Notes: a model not told the origin generated them from the sequence alone. Positions 40,900-53,740 are shown, counted from the whole stretch's first letter. The stretch: DNA of 57,842 nucleotides, filler included, from Streblomastix strix (GCA_008636045.1; 2 parts of 2 records of this genome joined end to end with filler, not necessarily neighbours in it); one strand, 5' to 3'. Translations and numbers: made by a program.

Positions 40900-41025
40900 T
40901 CACCGGCAAATTTTCGATTCACAAGCATATTTGATTGCTGCCTCCCAAATGGTCTTAAAGATATCATACCAATTTATATTTAATTAATCAAGGGCATAAA
41001 TGATAGTTTCATTAATTTCGTTCAT
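40900..41025 (-). CDS. very small viral ORF (~41 aa); another small hydrophobic ORF lies at ~40650-40874
   Basis: MNEINETIIYALDQLNINWYDIFKTIWEAAIKYACESKICR*, preceded by the TAAATG context seen at other viral starts. Confidence 0.35.
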
Positions 41026-41044
41026 TTATATATTTTTAAAATAT

Positions 41045-42092
41045 CAATTACCATCAAAATTAATAAAATATGTACCATTAATTTCAAAATTTAATGGTGA
41101 TGGTAAAATTGAAAGAGAATTGGAATTTATGATGACCTCACCCCGTTTATTGATTATACAGTCGAGATATTAAGTCATTTATTAAGATCGTGCCGTTAAA
41201 TGCTACATGGTTACGCGGTCAGAAAAATGAGGTATAAATTCATCATCAACATGCCCCACATTGACGGGTATGCTAGTCGTACCACCTTGCGAAGTCCAAT
41301 GAAGATACGCACTAATATATATAATACCACTGCTATGTAAAACTAAAGAACCTTGACTTAACCCGACGACATAATCACCAGCATGAAAAATTCCTGATTT
41401 CACAGTTGTTGTACCAACTGTTTTGCCATTAAATTTTAATGTCGTACAATCCCGATCTATATATATCCCTTTATTTATGTTTTTATAATCATCATCTTTT
41501 TATATCTGGAACGGTGCATCACGCAACCATGTTCCTGTACCGTCAAATTATGAAGAAATTATCCAACTATATTCTAACGTTGATACTCCACCAACTAGCT
41601 TATAAATCTGAGCCCCCAAATAAATATTACTTGCTACCCTCCCATTCCTATTTATTTTTAGCCCTGCATCCTTTGTGTCTATTAGTAATGGTGATGGCTA
41701 TAGGGTAAAATCGTGAAAAGCGTATGGATTTCTTTTGGTAAAAAATCATACACATCTGCTGTAGCAGCATTAGTTAATAGAATTTAATTATTTTTACCAT
41801 TAGTTTTAACCAATTTTTCGGCAATAATAGGTTATAAAACGTTTTGTTTCCATCTATTGTTTGGTTAGTATTTATATTTACAAAATCATTTATGTCTGAT
41901 GTACTACCATTAGCTAGTAAAATTTGGTTGCTTGCTCCATTAATTTTAACGAATTTTTAAGCAACAGTAGGTTATAAAAAGGTTTTTACTCAGTCTATTA
42001 TTTGGCTAGATCGTAAATTTACGTAATCAATTGAATTCCTGAAAAATTGACTCAAATAATTAAAGTATTTAATAATTTCGTTATCTACTATT
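41045..42092 (-). pseudogene. second fibre-like protein (copy B; only a stub at ~19985-20120 in copy A)
   Basis: Two KTFLQP..A.K.VK.NG..NQILL.N repeats, then GIYIDRDCTTLKFNG and a beta-rich C-terminal domain (GSLVLHSSGIIYISAYL...FIP...FEINGTYFI). Confidence 0.62.
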
Positions 42093-42967
42093 TATAATAT
42101 AATATTTTTTTATCTAGTTTAATTTTGTTATTCTTCCTATATTTTTTATAACCTTTTTTATTTTTCCTACTAGTTTTTTAAATCATCTTCATCAAGTAAT
42201 GATAAATCAGAAGTTATTTAATCGTTCATTTTTATAATCCAAAAATAAATCATATCATTCATTGACATAGTAATCAATACAATTAACAAGACATTTGACA
42301 CCACTTTAGCCGTATTTATTATATTTTGTTTAAAATTGCATTTATTCTACAGCTTCTTTTAATTCTCGGTATTTTACTCCAAAATCCCTGTTATCACATA
42401 AGACCTTCATTTGTTCTGTATATTCTTTAATAATATCGTCGATATGCTCATTGTTTCTTTTTTCAATCATTAAATAAACTGTTTATGGGTATTTATCAGG
42501 TTATTTTCCATATTGTTTTAACAACTTATAATATGGTTTATTATTTTTACTTAATGTTCGTTGGTAAAAATCATCACCACATTGATAAATAGGTTCTACG
42601 TATATTTCTTTTGGAATATTTTGAGGATGTACTAACAATTTGCCTCTTAAAACAATTTCAAGCTAATCCATTTTTATAGATAATAAAAATAATAAAAAAA
42701 TAAATATGGATAAAATAATTTTCAAAAATCTTTATTTGTTATTTCCATCTCTGGTGCTTCACTTAAACGAATAAAGTCGCAATTTACTCGATAAAGTTTT
42801 TCAATAGAATTATATAGCACATTATCCAACACTTTTACAGACACACTTTTTATTAATTTATCTTTTACTCTAATAAGGTCCTTTTTCTTGAATTTCTTTG
42901 GTACGCAAGTATGTGGTTATATAATGGCTTCCTCTAGTACTATTTCAACATCTGTTTCATCATTCTA

Positions 42968-43753
42968 CATGGGCGCGGAAAAGTCCTTGCACACTTTTTT
43001 TGTAGATAAATATAATAAAATAATATAAATTATTATTAAATTTTTCTTAGTCTAGTTATTAGGCTAAATACCTTTTTTCTCTTTTTCGTAAAGTCTGTTC
43101 TGGCTGAGATACGGCTTTAAATCAAAAAAATTAAAAATTAAAGAAATTAAAATAACTTTTGCTATTGTATATATATTTATAAATTTTATTAAAAAAATTA
43201 AATTGAATCATTATTAATGTTAATTAGACATTCTTTTACATATATGTGTAATGTCAATCATAGAGAACACATATTTTTCCTTAAATTTAAAACATTATTG
43301 AATTCCACATTTTCTAAATTATTATTCACTTTATTAATATATTAATTCATTTAAATTTATTAAATAAATCAAAATATTTAAAGATATTTGTAATATTTAT
43401 TTATAATTTAACGATAATTCAAAAATGTTTAGAATCTAGGAAAAATATGTGTTTCTGATTATTGACATTACACATATATGTAAAAGAATGTTTAATAAAC
43501 ATTAATAATGATTTAATTTAATTTTTTTAATAAAATTTATAAATATATATACAATAGCAAAAGTTATTTTAATTTCTTTAATTTTTAATTTTTTTTGATT
43601 TAAAGCCGTATCTCAGCTAGAACAGACTTTACGAAAAAGAGAAAAAAAGATATTTAACCTAATAACTATACTAAGGAAAATTTAATAATAATTTTTAATA
43701 TTTTATTATATTCACCTAGAAAAAGGGTGTGCAAGGACTTTTCCGCGCCCCTG
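42968..43753. mobile_element. non-autonomous Tc1/mariner-like foldback element (MITE), 786 bp
   Basis: ~320-bp TIRs starting CA(T/G)GGGCGCGGAAAAGTCCTTGCACAC; TA duplication at 42966-42967 and 43754-43755; absent at the homologous site in copy A (~20995). Confidence 0.93.
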
Positions 43754-44226
43754 TAAGTGATTAATGCCCAAAATTTTATAAAATTATCCGATGAAAAAAC
43801 AAAATCATCACCGCGTTATCTGTGGGTAATGGTGCGCCAGCACGTATCAATGACAAATTCTTATACTATTAGATTTGGATGTGATAGGTATATACTTTTT
43901 GGTTATTCTTCTGCTAATTATTATATTGCCTCTTCCGGTAATACTTATGCCGTTGTTCTATCAATTTCTTTATACTTATTTATGTTATATTTTTTATGCG
44001 GTATGTTTTCATTCAAATTTTCAATAGGTTTTTATTGTGCTGTTTCTTAGTCTGTAGGCAGTATTTTTATACGATTAATGGCCTCATCGATTAGTTAGAG
44101 TCTAATTTTATCCTCATCGGTCAACTTTTTTTTCTTAATTTCCGACATTTATTTTTTACTCTTCGACATTCTTACTTGATTTCTTTCAATATCCTTAATC
44201 ACTTTATTAATTTTTAAAATATTAAA

Positions 44227-44892
44227 ATGGAATTATCGCATGCTCTTAAGAATTTGATAGAAAATGGAACAAATATTGAATACTTTGATAACGGTTATGT
44301 GGTATAGATTAACAAGCAAATAAAGGTATATGAAGATGGCAAAAAGCAACTGCGAAAATTGACATAAACATAGTAAAATAAGCTATTGCTATAAGCTCGT
44401 GGAGGCGGAGAAATAAAGAAAAAACCATCAAAATAAATAGCTTAAAAATAGATTGTGGATAAAGAAGAAGATTTTATAAATTATGAATAATAGGAAGAAA
44501 GACATAGAGATATACAGTAAGAAATAAATGAAAGTGATGATGAAACAATTAGTCAAAGCTAAAGGCCAGAAAGACCAATAAAACATTCACGTGAGGCTAA
44601 ACAATCACATAAAAGAGTTATAAAAGCATCAAAATAGCCATAAATCAACTATACAAATCCATAGCATGATTTGGAAGAATTAATACGTTTAAGAAATGAA
44701 AATATATTTATAAAGCAATAGCATTAAGATGCCATAAAATAAATAGAGAAATACAAGCAAAAAGTAAAACGTTATAAATAACCAAAAGAAATTATTGAAA
44801 AATAGGAAGAATAACAAGAGATACAACAAGAGCTTATAGAATAAAACTATTAACAAGAATAAAAATTTAGCGAGTATGACCTATATAATTGA
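44227..44892 (+). CDS. 221-aa charged/coiled-coil viral protein of unknown function
   Basis: Open from ATG to TGA with TAR=Gln; 5' two-thirds conserved in copy A. Confidence 0.7.
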
Positions 44893-45124
44893 TAATAATT
44901 ATTTTTAACTAATTATAAAAATGGAAGAACTTTATACACATTTAAAAGATTAAGAACCTAAACTACAACAAATGTATGAACAACTAAATAAAGACATAAA
45001 TGACTTTAACATAGAGCTAAAGAAAATATAAGTTGAAGCTTTACATGGTATAATTTGCAATATAAAAAGTACAATAAAATAATTAGAGCCTTATTATGGT
45101 AGTTAAAAATATAATACAAACTTA

Positions 45125-45557
45125 TGAGAAAAATTTTTGGTCAGTTTGTCCGATTGGCAACACTTTTTTATAGCAATTTTTTACCTAGAACACTCGGAAC
45201 ACTTGGAACGGTCCACGGCTATGTCATTTTTTGTTAAATCTCCATGCTAAAATTATTTTAAAAATTATGTATATCAATTATTTGTTGTTATATATTATTA
45301 TAAATTCGTGTGGGGACTTAGTGGAGATATTTTTTTAAAAAGCTTTTTTTTAACCGTTATTTATTTATTTTAATTATTTTAAATAAGGGTGTTGGTTTGT
45401 GTCTTAACTTCAAGGGTATTAATTTTATGAAAAAACCATAAAAACATTTTTTAAGTATTGATTTTAAGGTCAAAACTTAAAAATTGTTGGATTGGATATT
45501 TTTTATAAAACTGAATACTTTTTGAAGTTGAGGCATAAATCCCCATCATATACTATT
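45125..45557 (-). repeat. right terminal inverted repeat of the Polinton-like element
   Basis: Reverse-complement blocks match 3669-4215; ends ...ATATACTATT (degenerate ACTACT). Confidence 0.85.
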
Positions 45558-46549
45558 GATATTGGATAATATACAAGTTAAAATCGAAAGAATTTGCACT
45601 TTGACATGGTAAAATGTCACTAAAGAGTTACAATTAGAATGGTAGTTAGCAAAAGTTACTAAAATAGTGTACACAGTGTAACTTATAATAAATAATAATT
45701 TCAAGCTCTATTAAATAATCGAGTGATTTAAAGTCGAACAAAAAAGTTCATTTCGTTTGTTCTTCGTTAGAAATATTGAATATAGTTTAGAAGTTATTTC
45801 AATAAAATCAGTAAAAATATGAATCATTTAAATAATTAGTAAGTATAAGAATACGATTGATACGTGGTGGATAAACGAGGGAATTTAAAAGCGTTATCGT
45901 TTTCCACAGTATTTCAACATTGATTTTAAATCAAACTTTGGAATACATTAATTTTTGCTGATATAAATGAGTGTTTACCTTGATAAATTGTTATTGAACA
46001 CAGCCTGTTTAGAAAGAAAATAAATAATAAACAAAACCTTCAGTTAAGAAGTCTCTGAATGAAGGAGAAGATTTGGTCAAAGTTCCGATTTCAATGACAA
46101 AATAATAAGCCAATTTCTTAGTTAAGTTAGAGAAGACTTTATAAGATGGTTTGAATGAGAAAATAATTTTTTTATTTAAAAGAATTTATTTTAATTAAAA
46201 GAATTTATTTTAATTATTTATTGTTTTATTGATTATTTAAATTACAGAAAATTACTGTTAGCACGATCCAAACACAATCACTACAATTGGATTCTGCAAA
46301 ATTGACCAGAATTGAGGTTGTAGAAACAAATAATGAAGAAAATGAATAAAAAATCTTTCTTATTTTAATCATTTCAATTCTCACTTCAAAAATCATTTCA
46401 ATTCTCACTTCAATCAAACAATAATAAGTGTATTTTATTTAATTTTGTTAATTTATTATAAATAAAATATGAATGATTAAGAATCAAACATTTTCAATTA
46501 TAAAATAAACTAAAGCACATATGAGTTCATTGTGATTATGGCCAACTAA

Positions 46550-47256
46550 TCATTTCTTCTATGTATATGTGATCTTTGGCGTCTTTTAATACTCCAAATC
46601 AAGAATGCCTTCTTTCTAAATAGGATAGAATAAATAAAAACAAATAAAATAAAATTAAAATCAAATTCAATATGAACAATAAATTATACCTATTCAACAC
46701 CAACAGCTGTATGGATAGCAAGAGGTGTAAGCAGATAAATATCATGTGAGGAAATTGGTATATGTTATACAACACGACATTCCATATTAATTGGACATTC
46801 AGCAATGAGTGGCGCTTTCACAAACTTCGCAGTTGCACGAGTATATCCGCAAAGTGCAAATTTGTCAAGATCTGGTTCAAAGAATAGCGAATGTGTTCCT
46901 GCTTTCCTCCATTATTCTTCTTGACCCTACGCTGGTATATTGATGACAACTTCTGATGTTTCATCGAGACATTTAGAGCAATATCTGCGACAGAATTTTT
47001 CTTAGCTTTTTGGATCAATTGGTTTAAGATCTTTAAGACCTGCTGACAACTCTTCAAGTGTAAGAGTGTGTTTCTGATCACGCTGGCATAATGATATGAA
47101 GAAAAGTGGCGGGATTCCATTTACCATTCCCTAATATCCAAGCGGGCAGATTGTTGATTTTCCGCTTAAATCGACTGCGGTAGCAAGGCTGACTGGGCGG
47201 TTCATAAAGTCAATAAGGAAATCAGGTTGATCTGGAGTACGAATAATTTTTTGCAT
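46550..47256 (-). CDS. flavin reductase-like/flavoredoxin family protein (FMN-binding split barrel)
   Basis: Exons 47256-46690 and 46615-46550: RPVSLATAVD...PPLFFISL...EVVINIP...DKFALCG...VKAPLIAECPINMECRVVQHIPISSHDIY; GT-AG intron 46689-46616. Confidence 0.88.
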
Positions 47257-48029
47257 TGAATGTTCTGATTAATATCAGGGGGAAATATGGTAAAAAATAA
47301 AAATATAAATTAAAAATAGAATTAATATATATACTATTAATAAAAATATTAATATGCTAATTAAATCAACTTTGTGCAATTATTCTGGTAAAATAAAATC
47401 TAAATTATTATAATATTCAAAATGAATTAGGAATAAAGGAGACATTTATATTGCGCATCAACAGCACAGTTAAAATATGTATGAAATATTGATTATTGAT
47501 AAAGAATAATAGTATGTATGCATTGGTGCAAAAATTATAACAATATATATGATAATATAGGCAATAATTAAAAATGAATTGTTTGGCCTTTAAATCTATA
47601 TTTTTTGTATATAAACTGTTTTTAATAATTTGAAATTGCAAAATTTTACCATTTTTTAATTCATATTACAATCGAAATGGTCGAAAATAACAAATTATCT
47701 GCTTTTATTGTTTATTCAAAAATTAGTTCGAAAACAAACCTACCGACTCTAAATATTATTTTTAAGGATATTTATTACATAAATTAGATATTGTCTATCC
47801 AATTGTTTCTTAATTGACAATACAATACTATTCGTTGCTTCAAAATAAACTACCATTCATAAATTATTGAGTTTCTTTCTTCTTTGAATATATTGCTCAT
47901 ATTTTCTATAATTTAATATCATTCAACTATATGATATATTGTTTTCTAACACCATTTTATCATTTTATCAGATTAAACACCAATAATTATTACTATTATT
48001 TTTTAATTTTCAGATTTACTCACAAAACA

Positions 48030-51000
48030 ATGACAATGAATCTCTTTGGAGCTTAGAATATTAGAGGTCTAATTTAATAGTAGAATAGTAGTCTCTTTGG
48101 ATAGAATACTGGTGGTCTATTTGGAGCTTAGAATCATAATGGTCTTTTGGGGTGATAGACGCCTGGAGGTCCATTTGAAAGCGAACCTTTTCAGTTCGAA
48201 CCGATTCAGAAAACAAAGAAATACGAAAAAGTATGAAATTTAATAATTTAATTATAATGAAATAAATACAAATTTATTTTATTTACTTATTTATTCATAT
48301 TTAGGTAAGGGCGATGAAGAAAAGATTATTGGAAGAAAAGAATAGATTTTTATCTCTGTTTACTCAAAGTTCCAGTTAATCAAAGTATTTTGAAATATAT
48401 TTATTAGAAAGATGATATTTTATTCAATAATCTTTATTAAGATTTAATTAACTTTATTTATTTATATTCATCTTTGAATATTGCCATATTTTAATAGAAA
48501 TAGCATTCAGATGGCAAATATTTAAAAGTGTTAGTGGAATCTTGAAGAAATAAAATCCTTTGAACAATAAATCGAATCAGGTATATATTTTAATACATAT
48601 AATAATATATCAATTTAATTATTAATTATTTTAATTATGAATTTATTAGATTCAAATGTTGCTATAACAGCTGCGAATGAAGGATTAATATCTGATATTG
48701 TCAGCAATGCTTTATCAGCGGAAAACAAACGTGAAATCCAGGTATAAAATAGAATAAATCAATTTTTTTTAATTAATTAACTGCTATAAAATATTTTATT
48801 TATTTAATTATATTATTTATATATTTTATTCATCACAGTTTAAATCCTGGATTCTTCTTCAGTAAATACTAGAAATCTGGCATAATAAGAAACAGGATCA
48901 AATAAATATTGAAACTAAAGGAAATAAGGAATCTTCTTAAAATAAGAATGAAAATTCATAAATGTATTATATGCCACAAGATTTTACAACAGGTCTTGTA
49001 ATACTGCTTACGACTGAAGATATATCAATTGGTGCTCAAATCATAAATGGAATTAAGTATGAAATTATATTAATTTATATTTATAATTAAGTAATATTTA
49101 TATTAATTATTTTATAATTTATTTATTAACTGAATTATCAATATCATATTTTACTTATATTATATAAAGAGATTCACTATCAACTTAATTAGAAACAAAA
49201 GAAAGAATTGCATCTGAATTAGCGAAGAAAGAAATCATTGATATCTTAATGAAACCCTTCATGCTCATATAGAAAGAAGAAATCTATCTTAATAATCAAA
49301 TACTAATAACAAATGGATCTGAATAAACTGCTTCAGAAATTAATTAGTTTGATAATATATAACAACCATTACAATAAATATCATCATCTTCAACTTCTTA
49401 ATCCTCTTATTCATCTTCTTATTTATAACTTACACCATCAGTTCAATAGATGCTAATTCATGAACTTGATATTCGTCTAGAAATTATTCGTCTTATTATC
49501 AAAGAAGGAAATGAAGAAACTAAGAATAAAATTAGAAAGATAATCAATCCAGAAATGAAAGTTCAAATTTCTAAACTTTGCATGTTTCCTCCAAATTAAT
49601 AGATTAATATTGAATAATTTGAAGAAAATGCAGAAATGACTAAAATTGTTAATAATTAAATTAAATTGAAAGAAAAAGAAAAAGATAAAATAATTGATAA
49701 TATGAATGAATAATTATAAAATAATAACACAAATAACACAAATATTTAATTAGAATAAATTGCATTCATTCTGACAGCATAATATTTGAGTGCAGATGAT
49801 TTCAAAGGAGCTCAACTTGCATCAGTTGCAATATTAGAAAATATAAAAGAAATTGAATTAGAAGCAGTTTAAATAATTAATGAAATATCAAAATAATTGA
49901 TTAATATAAATGAGAATAATATTAGATATTTTAATATTAATGCTACTTCAATAAAGAATGAAAATAATAAAGAAAATAATAATTAAAATTAAAATTCAAT
50001 ATCATCAAATGAAAATAATTATTAAACAAAATTATTATCTTCATTTGAATAGATAAATAAATCTGAAGAAGAAGAAATTGAAAATATCAATCAAATTGAA
50101 TATATATTAAAAGGGGAATGGAAAATGAATGAATTAAATTAATTATAAATAGAGAATGCTGATAATGAATAAAAAGAATAAGAATAAGAAAAAGAATATG
50201 AATTTATTGAATTGATAAGAATTGGAATTGGAAAAGAAGTATGCAAATTGTTGAGTAATATTGAGAAGAGATAATTTATATTTGAATAAATAGAATAAAA
50301 GATTAAGAAATAAATTAAATTAAAAGAAGAATAATTGAAATCAGGAAAATAAATAAAATAAAAATAAATTGGAATTGAATAAGAATTTTCTGAAAAAGAA
50401 TATGAAGAAGAATAATTGAATAATTAATTAATATACAAACTAAATGAGGTGAAAATAAAACAACAATAAAGAAAGAAATATATTGAATATATAATTCAGA
50501 AATGGATTAACATGTTTGAAATGATAATTAGGAACAGATATCAACTGAATCTTTTGACTTTGAATGAAAATGAAATTGCTTCAACTGTTCTATAATTTGG
50601 GAATAAAGAAATGTTTCTATCAAAGAAATAGAAATTATAAAATACATTACAATCAACACTTGAATAAAACTAATAAAACAATCAATAATTACAATAATAG
50701 AATACAAATCCATTTATTATCAATCCTAATAATTTTAATGATAGAATGAATTAATAATAATAATAATATATAATCTCACCTGCTATTCTTTAATGTTTAT
50801 TAAATACTTATGATGTTAATTGTATTAGAAGTTAAGGAGGAAATTTTATTAATTAATAATCACTTCAATTTGATATGAATTGGAATTAAAAATAATTCAA
50901 TTAAAGGGGAAATAGATTATTTGGAAATCATAGAATGAATAACAATTAATTAGAAGGTAATTTGAATCAATAATAACTTCCTAATAATAATAATAATATT

Positions 51001-53740
51001 CAAGCTCAAATAGCATCTTCTCAATTATAAAAGAAATAAAAACAGTTTAATCTTCATTTGAAAGCGTTTGAATTGATGGTTAAATCTCTCATATTTGGAG
51101 GAAGATTTAGAAAAGAAGCAATTGTTGAACACAAATAATTGATTAATTAAATTTAATATGGAAAATATAATATAAATAATAATAAATAATCATAAATTAA
51201 AGAAAATTAAATAGAAGTAATTGCAAATAATAACATTGAAAAAGAAAATGCATTAAATGACATAATTAATTTAGGTCATAAGATTAATAAACAAATTCTA
51301 AATCAATTTAATATGTAATATCTGATTTAAATGGCAGATGAAATAAAGAATTATGGATAAAGTGAATAAACGGAAGAAATTAAGTTGTTTTAATAACTGA
51401 ATAATAAAGATTAATACTAATTATAATAATAAATATTGAATCAATAAAAATTAATTAATTAAGAATAATTTGAATAATAATTAGAAAAAATTGAAAATTT
51501 AGAAGAATATAATAATGAAAAAGAAATTAACATTATTGATTCAATGATGCCACTGTTAGATTTGATTGCACCTATAATCATCTAAAATCAATCTTATCAA
51601 AGAAATTTTTTATTGATTCAATTATTATCATCTTCTATTCATAGATAAGGTTATGTAAGTAACAACTTCGGATAGTTTAAGATTCAGCAATTTTCATAAG
51701 AAGAAATAATATAATCTGCCAAATATTGTTTCTAAGATTCAGTAATTCAATATCTAATTATTAAAACTAAACTTGAAAATGAAGAATAATATGATTAGAA
51801 AGAAATTAAAGAAAAATTAATTTCAAGTGAAATTACTATGATAAGATCTTTGAACACATATTGCATTTTGTTTCTCCAAGAAAATTAATGTGAAAATTTA
51901 ATTACAAATTTCCTTCCTGTGATAATGAGAATGATTGAAAATAATGAAAATGAAAATAATAATTATAATCTAATTATAGAAGTAGGAAGAACAATTGAGA
52001 TATTAAGACAAATTCCACTTAGTAACTTATCTATTTAAATTGAAGGATTGCATTATTGTATTGAATTTGCTCAATAAATTCTTGATCTTTCCTTGAAACT
52101 TATTAATAATACATTAAACAACAATTTATCTGACTAATTTGTAAGGATTGCATTTGGTACATTAGATTTGATATAGAAATTACATTAACTTCATTAATAA
52201 TATGAATAAATGCAATATTCTAATAATAGATATTATTAATAATAATTAAATGGCTCAAACTCAAAGAATGTATCATATGAAAGAAAGATATATGATTTGA
52301 CTGTTTAGATAATTTCAATTAAAATTTCATTAGAAAAGAATAAAATATAAATTAATGGCTTTGATGGAATTGTAGCTCTTTCGCTTAATACTTTCAATGG
52401 ATTGATTGAAAGAAATAAGAATTTCATTAATAAATTGATAATAAACAGTTCATTTTCCAAATAACTCGCAAATTCTCTTCGTTTGAGGATGACTAATGAA
52501 AGATCTGCTTTTAATATAATAACTTAATAACGTGATAATCAAAATAATTTAAACTCAAGAATGATAATGCAAATAATACAAACATTAACACTCATATAAT
52601 AATAAGATTTTAAATAGCAGATTGTTCTATTGATCAAAGATCGTTAATTGATATAAAACTTAGTTCTGCTATCAACAATTGCTGGTGGAATATAAATTAA
52701 TGGGATTATTGCACAATATAGTCTATAATTCATGATCAAATGCATTCAAAATATTAATAGTCCAAATCAGTAATATAACCAAAGCAGAAAACTAATTAAA
52801 ATGATTAAAGAAGATATAGAATCAGAAGGAGGTGAAGAAGAATTTGAATCGATTTAATTATATTAAGGAATTATTGTTGAAGAATAAATCATGATGAATG
52901 CATACAAAGTCAAAGCTTCATTATTGAATATATACATTTACATAACAAATCAATAAGGTGGCCTATTTAATAATCAAGGAGGTGGCATATTTGGAAATCA
53001 TGGCATATTTGGTGGAGGTCTTTTCAATGCTCATCAACAAGTTCCTATTCTTCCATTAGGTCTTTAAGGATAACAACATAATCAACCGCATCAATAATAT
53101 CCTAACCAAGTATATAATACATACTAAGATGAATAAGAAGAAGATGATGATGATAGCAATGATTTGGATGCAAATATGACACTTGGACTGGATTAGGAAA
53201 TAAACATTAAGGATGAATCTGATGATATCAAGTTTGTTATATTTATTTCTGTGTACTTGTTACAATTAGATATTTTAAATTATTAATATTAAATAACAAC
53301 TATTTATATTCATTTTATGTTAAATTCAAACCCTTTTTATATATCAATAATAATTTCAGACCACTAACTGAAGCCGAAATTGAATATTTTTCAACTCATT
53401 TCTCATAACTGAATGAGAATAAAATTGATTAGTTCATTTCCTTTGTGAAGAAGATTGCACCTGAATATAAGAATGTGTGAATTTAGACTTTTAAATCTTA
53501 TTATTTGATTTGTTTATTTAATAATTTAATAATTTATTTATTTTTATATTTGTAATTCAATAAATTCTATTTATTTAATTTATATTATCCAATAAATTCT
53601 ATTTATTTAATTTATATTTCAATCAGAAATCAATTGATTAAAAGCATGATTTGGATCTGAAAGAGTTTGACTAAAAGATGTAGAGGCATTTATTGAGATT
53701 CATGACTGAATTTCAAAAAGAAAACTCTTAAAATGAATGA
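48030..53740 (+). CDS. large multi-exon Q/N/E-rich helical protein with FG-like patches and a C-terminal ET (NET)-like domain; 5' end uncertain
   Basis: ~4-kb exon in frame +1 (49170-53231, spot-checked as open). Final exons 53360-53474 and 53627-53740 give KPLTEAEIEYFSTHFSQLNENKIDQFISFVKKIAP...DLDLKEFDQKMQRHLLRF. In-frame TGA at 48153 in the putative first exon; alternative ATG at 48314. Confidence 0.7.

Larger units (their letters stand above)
28991..45557 (+). mobile_element. endogenous Polinton/Maverick-like virus, copy B (left end lost in the gap, right TIR present)
   Basis: Same gene order as copy A, less decayed; ends in the inverted counterpart of 3669-4215. Confidence 0.9.

Noticed and set aside
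8398..44641. Copies A and B as a recent tandem duplication or assembly duplicate
   Set aside because: They differ by many substitutions, independent indels, different fibre modules and a MITE, so they are distinct family members.
3669..45557. Bacteriophage or bacterial contamination suggested by tail-fibre-like repeats
   Set aside because: The fibre genes use the host's TAR=Gln code, sit within a Polinton gene set and are contiguous with intron-containing host genes.
48030..48150. GLFG nucleoporin (Nup98-like) call
   Set aside because: Only a few FG units, and no recognisable GLEBS or autoproteolytic domain.
46168..53618. Short tandem duplications (46168-46217, 46369-46412, 53558-53618) and the (TA)n run at 3323-3340 as CRISPR-like or functional arrays
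   Set aside because: Two-unit slippage repeats in AT-rich introns or intergenic DNA, with no spacers.
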